Below, in pieces: positions 7,897-16,996 of a stretch of 64,000 nt of DNA. This stretch comes from an uncultured bacterium (GTDB taxonomy: Bacteria > Bacillota_I > Bacilli_A > RFN20 > CAG-826), in the NCBI GenBank assembly GCA_949299395.1, contig CASGAB010000001.1, forward strand, positions 8,365 to 72,364. Direction: 5' to 3'. Below the pieces are notes generated by a model, which saw only the letters and a program-made list of their open reading frames with translations, was not told where the DNA came from and ran no database searches. The position numbers were made by a program, and so were the translations under genes. Every line of letters begins with the position of its first letter. Position 1 is the stretch's first letter.

Positions 7897-9336
7897 TTAA
7901 ATATTTATAAATCCTTCAGTTTTTAATGTTTCTGCTACAATATTTCTAGCTAAAACATTAGTTGTAATAACTTCTTCTGCTAAACTTGAAGAACCTGGTT
8001 TATATGCAACATAATCAATTGTTGCTAGATAAAATTTATTATTATGAGTAACAGGAGGATTTGCTCTAACTACGTTTTCTTGACCATTTAAAAACATTGA
8101 ATATAAAGAAGGATCAAATTTCATTAAACATAACATATTTTCAAATGGATATACTTTTAAAAGATCTCCATAAGTAAAATCTCCTGCTACAATGTTACTT
8201 CTTATTCCTCCACTATTAACACTTCCGCTATCACAAGGAATAGCAATATCCTCATTATTAGTAGCATATTTCATTAAAGAATAAGAAATAAATCGAGCAA
8301 ATTCACCTTTTGAAACATTTGTTTCAAAAGTATATAAAACTTCATCTCTAACACTTTCAATATCTTCTCTATAAGTTTCATATAGTTCATCTATTTTAGA
8401 TGAACTATCTTTAAATATAGTATCTTTATTATTAAAAGTATTAATATTTTTTGCTTCACTAGAAATTACTTCATATCTATTAGTTTTTTCATTTAATTTT
8501 AAATCTAAAGAAATATGAGAAAGATATTCTCCTAAAGTAGAACCTTCTACATATGGTACTTTATTATTCTTTTCATCTAAATATCCTTCTTTTAAATCAT
8601 GATCATGACCTAAAAATAAAGCATCAATATAATTGACTAATTCTAAATAATAAGAATAATTTCCATCGTGAGATGATAAAACTACTACATCACAGTTTTC
8701 TTTATTTTTTAATCTTTCTGCTTCTTTTTTAATTAATTCTATACTTGAATCAAATATAAAATCATCCGCAATAGTTGCTAAAATATCGTCTCCAATATTA
8801 GGCATAATTGAACCAATTATGCCTACTTTAATACCTTCTTTTTTAACTATAGTAGATGGAGTTAAAAAAGAAGGTATTTTATTATCACTAGCATTAAAAA
8901 TATTAATACCTAAAAGTGGAAAATCCATTTTTTCTTTCATTTTCTCAAGTTTTTCTATTCCCCAATCAAATTCATGATTACCAATAGTCATTGAATCAAA
9001 ACCTATTAGGTTCATTGATTCAATGACTATTTCTCCATAAGTAAGATTAGATTCTGCTCCACCTTGAAACATATCTCCACTAGAAAGAATAAAAGTATTA
9101 TCAAAGTCTTTTTCTTTTTGATTTATTAAATAGTTTCCTATTTTAGATAATCCAACTTGTTCATAACTTTCATCATAAAGGTATGCTCCATGGAAATCAT
9201 TTAAAGCATAAAAATTTAAAGTTCTTTCATCTACCTTAACTCCTAAATCTTCGTTATTTTGGTTATTACAGGAAGCAATAGTTAATAATGAAAGTAAAAA
9301 GACAGTTGTATTTAATATTATTTTTTTAAGTTTCAT
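7897..9336 (-). CDS. Surface lipoprotein, bifunctional metallophosphatase/5'-nucleotidase family (UshA-like)
   Basis: Lipobox 'TIASCNN'. Metallophosphoesterase motifs 'NDFHG', 'SSGDMFQGG', 'GNHEFD', 'GHDHD'. The length fits a phosphatase domain plus a 5'-nucleotidase C-terminal domain. Confidence 0.7.
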   Translation of the reverse strand: MKLKKIILNTTVFLLSLLTIASCNNQNNEDLGVKVDERTLNFYALNDFHGAYLYDESYEQVGLSKIGNYLINQKEKDFDNTFILSSGDMFQGGAESNLTYGEIVIESMNLIGFDSMTIGNHEFDWGIEKLEKMKEKMDFPLLGINIFNASDNKIPSFLTPSTIVKKEGIKVGIIGSIMPNIGDDILATIADDFIFDSSIELIKKEAERLKNKENCDVVVLSSHDGNYSYYLELVNYIDALFLGHDHDLKEGYLDEKNNKVPYVEGSTLGEYLSHISLDLKLNEKTNRYEVISSEAKNINTFNNKDTIFKDSSSKIDELYETYREDIESVRDEVLYTFETNVSKGEFARFISYSLMKYATNNEDIAIPCDSGSVNSGGIRSNIVAGDFTYGDLLKVYPFENMLCLMKFDPSLYSMFLNGQENVVRANPPVTHNNKFYLATIDYVAYKPGSSSLAEEVITTNVLARNIVAETLKTEGFINI

Positions 9337-9390
9337 ATTTTTAATTTATCCCATTATTATGCATATTTTATCGTAGTTAGCCTTTATAGT

Positions 9391-9422
9391 CAAAAAAGAG
9401 TATGGCTCTTCACCATACTCTC
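9391..9422 (-). terminator. Intrinsic terminator after the Big_2/OB lipoprotein gene
   Basis: Stem AGAGTATGG/CCATACTCT with a 7-nt loop. On the minus strand it is followed by a TTTTTTG run. It lies 33 nt downstream of the 9455 stop. Confidence 0.5.
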
Positions 9423-9454
9423 CTTTGTTTGTTTGTTACTATCTATTAGATAGA

Positions 9455-11641
9455 TTAAGCTTTTCTAACGTTATCAATAACTAATTGGACTGTTCCGTTA
9501 TAGTCACTTCTAACACATTCGAAGGTAATCTTATCACCTGGCTTAAGATCTTTAGTAACTTCGTTTGTTAAGAAGTCTTTTGGATTTCCCATTGAATATT
9601 TCCAACTATCATTATAGTTGAATGAAATAGCAGTTGAAGCTGTTGCACCGTAAGCAAAGACTTCTCCATCAATAGATTCATCTTTTAAGTAAAGATTACC
9701 ATATTGATCAGGTTCTTCACCTTTAAATCTTGAAATTTCAGCAGTAACTTCATAGACATATTGTGAAGTCATACCATCAACAGGTCCTTTGATAACATCA
9801 GCTAATGTAGCTTTTGTAGCTGTTGATCTTTCATCGTTAAGTGAAGTTAAAACACCTTGAATTTCTTTTGTTTCTTTATAGTCAGCTCTAATAGCAACCA
9901 TTGTGACAATATCACCAACTTTAATACCTTTAGTTAATGGGTTATCTAATGCATTTTTAGGATTTTCAAATACATATTCTCCTGTAGCTGCATCAAATGT
10001 TAAAGCATCGTATTCAGCAGTAATACCGTAAACTAAAATTTCTTTTGATGGATCGTTTTCATCTTCAAGAATGAGATTACCATATTTAGTAACATCAGAA
10101 TCATCACCATATTGACCTAAAGCTTTAACTTTACCTCTAACAACATAAGCTTGTGTTGTGTTATTTTGAGCTTCTAAGATTTCTGAAACGCTTGCTTTAA
10201 CATAAGCTGGCTCACCTTGTCTTTCACTACAGTCTAATGTGACAACACCGATTGCACCGCTTTCTGTAGTAACACTGATTGTAACAGCACCTTCAGAAAT
10301 ACCTGTAACGACACCATTTTGATCGACAGTAGCAACTGATGTATCTGATGAACTCCATGTGAATACTGGATTTTCTTCGCCTTCAACTGTAGCTTTTAAT
10401 GGTAATGTAGAACCAACAAATAAATTACCTGTATATGTAATAGTTGCAGCTTTTGCTTCAACGTATGGTTCGTTAACGACTTCACAGCCTTCTGTAGAAA
10501 CAAACATTAATGCACTTTCACCACTAACAGCTATCATATCAGTATTTCCTGTTCCTGGATCAAGATTGTATGTTTTTCTTTGTGATTGCATACCAGTGAA
10601 GTTAATTGTTTTTTCGCCGTTTGAATCTAAAGCTTCTTTAAACATATCATAAAGGTCTAATTTGCCTTGTTGATCGTGGTTATATCTATCAGCGTAAACA
10701 TAGACTTCAGAACCTTTATATAAAACTTTTGCCTCTAAGAAGTCATCTTCTGTAACTTTTCCGTTATAGCTATTATCGTAAAGATTAACTTCTAAGACTT
10801 TAGCACCACTAATTGTTGATAATGAAGCGTATGTAGCTGGAGACATAAAGCCTGGGTGATTTAATTCAGAAACAGTAGGTTTTTCTACACCTTCAACATC
10901 TTTTCCACTTAAAATTGTGATAACAGCTTTACTACCAGTAATTTGTCTTGTGCTGTTGTATGGTGATGACTCACCAGAAACTTCAATACAATCACCAACT
11001 TTTAATCCGTTTGGAACGTTTTTCTTTGGAATATCATAAATCATAAAGCCGTAATTTCCAGCTTGAACAAGAATTCCATACCAGTTATCTGGGTCTGTAT
11101 CTGGGATAAATGATGTAACATAGCCTTGAACAGCACAAGTAACACCTTTGCCTGGCATATCTTTAATAGGAACGATATTTTTATTACTATTAATATCAAC
11201 ATTAAATTTTAATGATGCAGTAGCATTATTCAATTTTGCTGTACCTGTGATAGTTGTTGATTTAACTGTACCAAATTCACCCCAAACTGGGTTTAATTGT
11301 AAATATGATGAACCATTTGCTTCAACAGTTTCACTTGTGAATAATGTTGAATCAAAATCCCAATCAACAACAACATCAAATGTATTGCCGCTATCTGTTA
11401 AATAGCTGTAATTTGTTTGAGCAATAATGTAGTGAGCTGCCTTTTGTTCAATATTATTTTTAAGACCATATGATTCATCTCTAATAGGAGCTTTGACACT
11501 ATTTGTTAAAACTGCAGCAGAAGAGATAACAGCTTTACAGATTTCTTCATCAGTCATTGTTTCGTTAGTAGCTGGAGCACAAGCACTAACAAGTGCTGTA
11601 GCACTTAATGCAAAAGCGATTAATAATTTAGTTTTTTTCAT
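9455..11641 (-). CDS. Surface lipoprotein with a Big_2 Ig-like domain and three repeated OB-fold-like modules, a putative nucleic-acid-binding accessory protein
   Basis: Lipobox 'LVSACAP'. Big_2-like 'TWSSSDTSVATVDQNGVVTGISEGAVTISVTTESG'. Three repeats of the pattern '...V.G.V....YGN(L/Y).L.DE.....(I/V).VYG'. The same OB-like module occurs at the C-terminus of the adjacent nuclease. Confidence 0.5.
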   Translation of the reverse strand: MKKTKLLIAFALSATALVSACAPATNETMTDEEICKAVISSAAVLTNSVKAPIRDESYGLKNNIEQKAAHYIIAQTNYSYLTDSGNTFDVVVDWDFDSTLFTSETVEANGSSYLQLNPVWGEFGTVKSTTITGTAKLNNATASLKFNVDINSNKNIVPIKDMPGKGVTCAVQGYVTSFIPDTDPDNWYGILVQAGNYGFMIYDIPKKNVPNGLKVGDCIEVSGESSPYNSTRQITGSKAVITILSGKDVEGVEKPTVSELNHPGFMSPATYASLSTISGAKVLEVNLYDNSYNGKVTEDDFLEAKVLYKGSEVYVYADRYNHDQQGKLDLYDMFKEALDSNGEKTINFTGMQSQRKTYNLDPGTGNTDMIAVSGESALMFVSTEGCEVVNEPYVEAKAATITYTGNLFVGSTLPLKATVEGEENPVFTWSSSDTSVATVDQNGVVTGISEGAVTISVTTESGAIGVVTLDCSERQGEPAYVKASVSEILEAQNNTTQAYVVRGKVKALGQYGDDSDVTKYGNLILEDENDPSKEILVYGITAEYDALTFDAATGEYVFENPKNALDNPLTKGIKVGDIVTMVAIRADYKETKEIQGVLTSLNDERSTATKATLADVIKGPVDGMTSQYVYEVTAEISRFKGEEPDQYGNLYLKDESIDGEVFAYGATASTAISFNYNDSWKYSMGNPKDFLTNEVTKDLKPGDKITFECVRSDYNGTVQLVIDNVRKA

Positions 11642-11660
11642 ATTATTTTTAATTTCCTCC

Positions 11661-13070
11661 CTAATTAATATGTTCGCTTACATAGTTTTTATATTCGGTT
11701 GCTTTGAACGAAGGGAATTCAACTTGATATTCACCGTCTGCGTCTTCATTATATTGGAAGACTCCAAGCATAACCTTAACGTCGTAACTCTTACCTCTTT
11801 CAAAAACAGATGCAATTGTACTCAAACTGCTAAAGAAAGTGTGAGATTCAAAACGTATATTTAATTTAATATTGTTACAAGTTGCATGAACAGTGAAAAC
11901 ATTATTTACAACATCTTTTTCTGACTGATAAATATAGTCTTCACTATCTTCAATATCAATGGTTGTAGATATGAAGTTTCCAGCATATGGATCATAGGAA
12001 GATGTTGAAGTAATAGTTTTTGGATCCATATAAACTGGATCAACATTATAGGTATAACCTAAAGCTTCAGCTTCTTCTTTTGATGAGGCTAAAATTTCAA
12101 AAGGATAATGGTCATCACGAATACGAACGTCAGTTAATTGGAAATTACCATAATATTTTGTGATTTTTGCATAGAATCTAACGATATCACCAACTTTTGC
12201 GCCTGTATTTTTATATAAAGTAAATACAAAAATTGAAGCAGGAACAATGTCTTCATCGCTAGGATTTACGTCTCTAATATATAAATCACTTCCGCTAACA
12301 CCAATAACTTGTCCGGTAATTCTTAATTGTTTACCACTACTTCCTGTTGAATCATTAACTCCTAAAGTGTCGAAATTTGCTTTCGCATTAGAAATTGTTG
12401 TTTCAACTACTTCTCCACTTGAATCAAAATCACAATCTTTTTCACCATTAACTCTTCTACCTTCAGCTGCTTTTTGAGCTTCTTGGAAAGCTTCAAAATA
12501 ACCATCTAAAATGGAAGAATTTTGATTTAAATAGTTACGTGAATAGCCTTGTTCAACGATTTCTAAATTTAATAATCTAAAATCATCGCCTTCTTCAGGT
12601 TGATACCAAACAAAGCCCATATATCTTCCACCACTAGAATCATATTTTTCAAACATATCTAAATCGTTTAAAACAACGATTCTATTTGCGGTAGTAAGTT
12701 TTGATTTTGTAAAGTGAGAAGCTTTGATACCCCGTTCTTGGATAGCTCCTGTTGATTCAGGAGTATCAATAGCTTCATATCTAAATCTAAATCTTCTAGC
12801 GGTATTATCATCACTTGCAGGATAGAAATTTGATGTGTCTCCATCTGTATTTGAAGCGAGTTTAACTTCCATGATTGCTAAGCCGCTAGTAACATTTAAG
12901 AAATTATCGCTTGGAATACTAGCTTCATTAGCAAACTTAAAAGCATCTGTAACGGGAGTTGCATATTCTTCTGTTGACCCACAAACATCTTGTTTTTCTC
13001 CACACGAAGAAACTGCAAGGGTTGTAAATAAACCTAATACTAAGTATCTAAATAATTTCTTAAATTTCAT
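11661..13070 (-). CDS. Secreted/surface lipoprotein nuclease of the staphylococcal-nuclease (thermonuclease) family with a C-terminal OB-fold-like module
   Basis: Lipobox 'AVSSCGE'. SNase core 'GDTSNFYPASDDNTARRFRFRYEAIDTPES...KASHFTKSKL' (compare 'GDT...R(L)IGIDTPE'). C-terminal 'LRITGQVIGVSGSDLYIRDV...YYGNFQLTD'. Confidence 0.7.
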   Translation of the reverse strand: MKFKKLFRYLVLGLFTTLAVSSCGEKQDVCGSTEEYATPVTDAFKFANEASIPSDNFLNVTSGLAIMEVKLASNTDGDTSNFYPASDDNTARRFRFRYEAIDTPESTGAIQERGIKASHFTKSKLTTANRIVVLNDLDMFEKYDSSGGRYMGFVWYQPEEGDDFRLLNLEIVEQGYSRNYLNQNSSILDGYFEAFQEAQKAAEGRRVNGEKDCDFDSSGEVVETTISNAKANFDTLGVNDSTGSSGKQLRITGQVIGVSGSDLYIRDVNPSDEDIVPASIFVFTLYKNTGAKVGDIVRFYAKITKYYGNFQLTDVRIRDDHYPFEILASSKEEAEALGYTYNVDPVYMDPKTITSTSSYDPYAGNFISTTIDIEDSEDYIYQSEKDVVNNVFTVHATCNNIKLNIRFESHTFFSSLSTIASVFERGKSYDVKVMLGVFQYNEDADGEYQVEFPSFKATEYKNYVSEHIN

Positions 13071-13107
13071 AATCTTTTATCTCGATTTATAAACAATAAA
13101 CACTTAA

Positions 13108-14646
13108 TTAAGCAGGAATATTATTTGGATTTAATTTATAGAATTCATCAAGAATTGCTTCCCATGTAGCATCGCTAGCAGCTTCTTCTGAAGAAACGTC
13201 TCTACATCTAGCCATGATACCACCAACGTTGTTTCTGATTGATGATGAACCAACGAAACCTGGATCAACGTATTGTGTCCAACCAACATTACCTTGATAA
13301 ACATCGAAGTTAATTAAGACTGCGTCTCTCATGGTTTTTGATGTACCTTTTAATGTTGTATCGTTTAAATAATCTTGATAAACAGTTGATTCATATGCAT
13401 CTGTTGTAACTGGGATATAGCCAGTATTTTTAGCAAATGTAGCATTTGTTGTTGGATCATATGTTAATGTTTTTAAAAGTTCAAATGTTGCAGCTCTATT
13501 TTCTTCATCTGCGTTTCTGAACATAACTAAGTTAGTACCTTGAGAAATAACATATTTATTTTCAGGTTTATCAGCATTGAATGGAACTGGATTAACTTCT
13601 ACTTCGAAAGCGTCACCTGCTGGAACACAGTTACTAACACCTGCTGAAGAACCGATTGTAAAGACTGTTTTATAAGCCTTGAATGGCGTAGATGTATAAC
13701 TTGTTTCACCAAATGAAGCTGGAATAGCCATGATGCCTTCATTGAATAATCTGTTGAAGAATTTTAACATTTCAACAGTTTCAGCACTCTTATAGTGCAT
13801 ATAACCTTGTGTTTTACCGTTTGGTAAAGATTCAACTGTTGTATATGTTCCACCCCATTGTCTAACCATTGTAATAAAGAAGTTAGCTTGTGAGTCATAT
13901 GAACAGACATAGAAATCATTTTCACCAACTTTTGTTAAATCAATAGCAACTTCAACACCTGCATCTGCAGCAGCTTTTGAGTCGTTATAAACGACACCAT
14001 CAGTACCAATAACTTTGTTGAAAGCACCTTTTTCTTTTAAAACTTTTCTTGTTGCGAGACCAAATTTTTCAACTTCTTGCCATGTTGTAGGAACACCAGT
14101 GATTTTATCATCACCTTCTGCTGTTTCTGTCATTTTAATTAAGACTTCAACGAAAGTTTGGTTTGTAGTCATAACTTCAGTTGATTTATTGAATGGTAAA
14201 CCCATGACTCTATCTGGAACGATTTCAAGGTTTTCTTGTAAATAGTTGTCATAGAATTTGTCTAAATCCATACCATCAGCTTCGATAGTTGAAGTTAAAT
14301 CAAATAAAATACCTGATTCACTATATTGAGCCATGTGGTCTGGATAAGCAACAGCTAATTGTGGGTAAGTTCTTGTTGAAACTGAACCAACGATTGCAGC
14401 AAGTAAGTTATCATAACCACCTTGTCCAGTATGAACAATGTCATAACCTTCATGATTTGCTTCATAATCGGTTAAGATGTTTTCTAATTGGGTGGTCATT
14501 GATTCGCCAAAACCAGTCCAAACATTAATTGTAGTAGCACCACTTGCTTCTTGACCACAGCCGGTTAAGCCGAGTAAGCCAACAAATGGGACAGCAACTA
14601 ACAACTTAATTTTTCTGTTCATTAATAATTTCCTCCCTTTGAACAA
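13108..14646 (-). CDS. ABC transporter substrate-binding lipoprotein (family 1/CUT1), paralog of the 1872..3392 product
   Basis: Lipobox 'LTGCGQE'. Paralog-level similarity to the other binding protein ('PQLAVAYPDH' versus 'PSLAVCYPDY'). Confidence 0.8.
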   Translation of the reverse strand: MFKGRKLLMNRKIKLLVAVPFVGLLGLTGCGQEASGATTINVWTGFGESMTTQLENILTDYEANHEGYDIVHTGQGGYDNLLAAIVGSVSTRTYPQLAVAYPDHMAQYSESGILFDLTSTIEADGMDLDKFYDNYLQENLEIVPDRVMGLPFNKSTEVMTTNQTFVEVLIKMTETAEGDDKITGVPTTWQEVEKFGLATRKVLKEKGAFNKVIGTDGVVYNDSKAAADAGVEVAIDLTKVGENDFYVCSYDSQANFFITMVRQWGGTYTTVESLPNGKTQGYMHYKSAETVEMLKFFNRLFNEGIMAIPASFGETSYTSTPFKAYKTVFTIGSSAGVSNCVPAGDAFEVEVNPVPFNADKPENKYVISQGTNLVMFRNADEENRAATFELLKTLTYDPTTNATFAKNTGYIPVTTDAYESTVYQDYLNDTTLKGTSKTMRDAVLINFDVYQGNVGWTQYVDPGFVGSSSIRNNVGGIMARCRDVSSEEAASDATWEAILDEFYKLNPNNIPA

Positions 14647-14679
14647 ACTTTTAATCTATCTAATATGCGTAACGCATTA

Positions 14680-15729
14680 TTAGCCCTTAATACCACTTCT
14701 TGAGACACCTCTCATAATATACTTATGGAAGAATATAAAGAGGATAAAGAGTGGAAGTGTAACGACAACGGATCCAGCCATTTTACCTGGTTGGTTATCG
14801 CTAAATTCTGAAGAGAATGAAGCCATTAATCCGTTTGAAACTAATCTAATATCGTAATTATCTCCGAAGATAATGGAGTGTTGCATTCTGCCGTTAGCAA
14901 CAAGTTGAGGCCAAACGTATGCGTTCCATCCACCCATCAAGGAGAGAATGATAATAGTAACAATAGTTGGCATACCAATAGGAACCATAACTCTTAAAAG
15001 ATATTTCCAATCAGTATAACCATCGACTTTTGCAGCTAAATATAATTCATTTGGAATTTGTTGGAATGTTTGTCTTAAATAGAAAATATAGAAGACGCTA
15101 ACACCATGGACTAAAATTAAAGCTGCGAATGTATTTTCCCAACCGAATTCTTTAACTAAAGCATAGTTAGTAATAACCATCATTTCGCCAGGAATCATCA
15201 TGGTTGCTAAGATAATTAAGAATAATAAGTTTTTACCTTTGAAATTTAATCTAGCAAAAGCAAATGCTGCTAAAACTGATGTAATAACTGTAACAAGCAT
15301 TCCACCTGCCGAAGAAATAAATGTATTTAAGAAATAAATCCAGAAAGATGTTTTTTCTTGAACAATACCTAAATTATCAACATATGTAGGAGCGAAAACC
15401 GATACATAATTTTCCATTGTAAATGGAATTGGCAATAAGGTAATTGTGTTATTCGACTTATTCATTTCAAAAGTTTGTTGAGAAATAAATGAAGTTGAAA
15501 TCATGAATAAGAATGGTAAAAGAATGAAAATAGCAAAAACGATTAAAAAAGCATACATCAAAGATTGAGAAATAATTAATTTTGGTAAATATGATTTTCC
15601 AACGTGATAACCTTCACTATTAGCTTTACCTTTTCTTTCTAAACGATAATTTTCGCTTTCTGCGAGTTTTTGATTACCACTTTCTAAGTAGGCTTGTAAT
15701 TCTAATTCACTTTTAATAGCTTTTTTCAT
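14680..15729 (-). CDS. ABC sugar transporter permease (MalG/UgpE-like) with an N-terminal extension
   Basis: EAA region 'ELYLAAKVDGYTDWKYLLRVMVP'. It is a paralog of the 3420..4379 product. Confidence 0.8.
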   Translation of the reverse strand: MKKAIKSELELQAYLESGNQKLAESENYRLERKGKANSEGYHVGKSYLPKLIISQSLMYAFLIVFAIFILLPFLFMISTSFISQQTFEMNKSNNTITLLPIPFTMENYVSVFAPTYVDNLGIVQEKTSFWIYFLNTFISSAGGMLVTVITSVLAAFAFARLNFKGKNLLFLIILATMMIPGEMMVITNYALVKEFGWENTFAALILVHGVSVFYIFYLRQTFQQIPNELYLAAKVDGYTDWKYLLRVMVPIGMPTIVTIIILSLMGGWNAYVWPQLVANGRMQHSIIFGDNYDIRLVSNGLMASFSSEFSDNQPGKMAGSVVVTLPLFILFIFFHKYIMRGVSRSGIKG

Positions 15730-15743
15730 AAATTACTACCTCC

Positions 15744-16976
15744 TTAATAGTGGACTCTCTTCTTACTTACAGCAAATTGAACTGCGGTAATAAGAAGAAT
15801 GACACATAAAAGAACGATACTTCCTGCGGCTGCATAGCCAGGATTAAGTGGATTAATTTGTTTCATATCTCTATAAAGATAACCGACAACTGTAATCCAT
15901 TCGACACCTTGATATCCACCGAAGAAATAGTTGTTTTGTGAAATATAAATCGATCTAACATCGGTATACATTTTAAATGCACCAATGAATGATGTGATTG
16001 TGATATATAAAATTTGAGGAGAAAGGAGAGGGACTGTAATCTTTCTAAAGATTTTTCCACCTTTTGCTCCATCAATTCTAGCTGCATCGTAATATTGTTT
16101 ATCAATAGTTGATAAGCCAGAAAGGAAGACTAAAATCTTAAATGCCATTTGATTCCAAACTGAATAAGTAACAATAACTACTGCTTGTGCCCATCTTGGT
16201 GCACCTTCTGTGACCCATTGTTGATTTAAACCAAAGAGGGTATTAATTAAACCACCACCAACTGCACCATTTGTATAGCTTGAGAAGATAAGGTTAAAAA
16301 CCATACCTAAAGCGATAGTATTGGTAACATATGGAAGGAAGAAAACAGTTTGAAAAAATCCCTTTAAAAACTTAATTCTATGTATGAAATAAGCAATTAA
16401 AAGGGATACAAAAATTGTAAGTGGGACTTCTAAAATAACAAGTTCGAAAGTATTCCATAAACTCTTAATGAATAATGAGGTAGGAATAGTTTGACCAAAA
16501 AGTACGATAGAATAGCTAGTATTGCTAAATAAATAGGTGAAATTTCCAAAACCAAAAGTTGTTGGATAAGGAGCTTCAGTACAAACAATACCGCTTCCAC
16601 CAACAGAACTCATGTCTTCACAAATAACTGAGTTACCTTTAATGATGTTTGCAATAGAAAAAGATCCAGCACCATCAACCCAAGTAAAATCTTCAGTAAA
16701 TGCGATAACAAAGCTGTTAAAAATTGGATAAATCATGAATAAACAAATCAAAATAAAGGCTGGAATTAAAACCAAGAAAGCCAATAAATTTTGATTCATA
16801 TGGAATTTTCTTTTTTTGGTTTCTAAAGGACGATGAATGTCAAATTTACATGTTCCATCTTCATTGTAATAATAAGATTCTTCGTGTCCTCTATGTCTTA
16901 AACGAATAGAGATGTTTTCGAAAGTATCTTTACATCTTTGAAGGAACTTTTTTTCACTTTTCGCTTCGTTTTTCAT
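15744..16976 (-). CDS. ABC sugar transporter permease (MalF/UgpA-like) with an N-terminal cytoplasmic extension
   Basis: EAA region 'YYDAARIDGAKGGKIFRKITVPLL'. It is a paralog of the 4382..5314 product. Confidence 0.8.
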   Translation of the reverse strand: MKNEAKSEKKFLQRCKDTFENISIRLRHRGHEESYYYNEDGTCKFDIHRPLETKKRKFHMNQNLLAFLVLIPAFILICLFMIYPIFNSFVIAFTEDFTWVDGAGSFSIANIIKGNSVICEDMSSVGGSGIVCTEAPYPTTFGFGNFTYLFSNTSYSIVLFGQTIPTSLFIKSLWNTFELVILEVPLTIFVSLLIAYFIHRIKFLKGFFQTVFFLPYVTNTIALGMVFNLIFSSYTNGAVGGGLINTLFGLNQQWVTEGAPRWAQAVVIVTYSVWNQMAFKILVFLSGLSTIDKQYYDAARIDGAKGGKIFRKITVPLLSPQILYITITSFIGAFKMYTDVRSIYISQNNYFFGGYQGVEWITVVGYLYRDMKQINPLNPGYAAAGSIVLLCVILLITAVQFAVSKKRVHY

Positions 16977-16996
16977 ATTAAATTACCTTTTAAGAA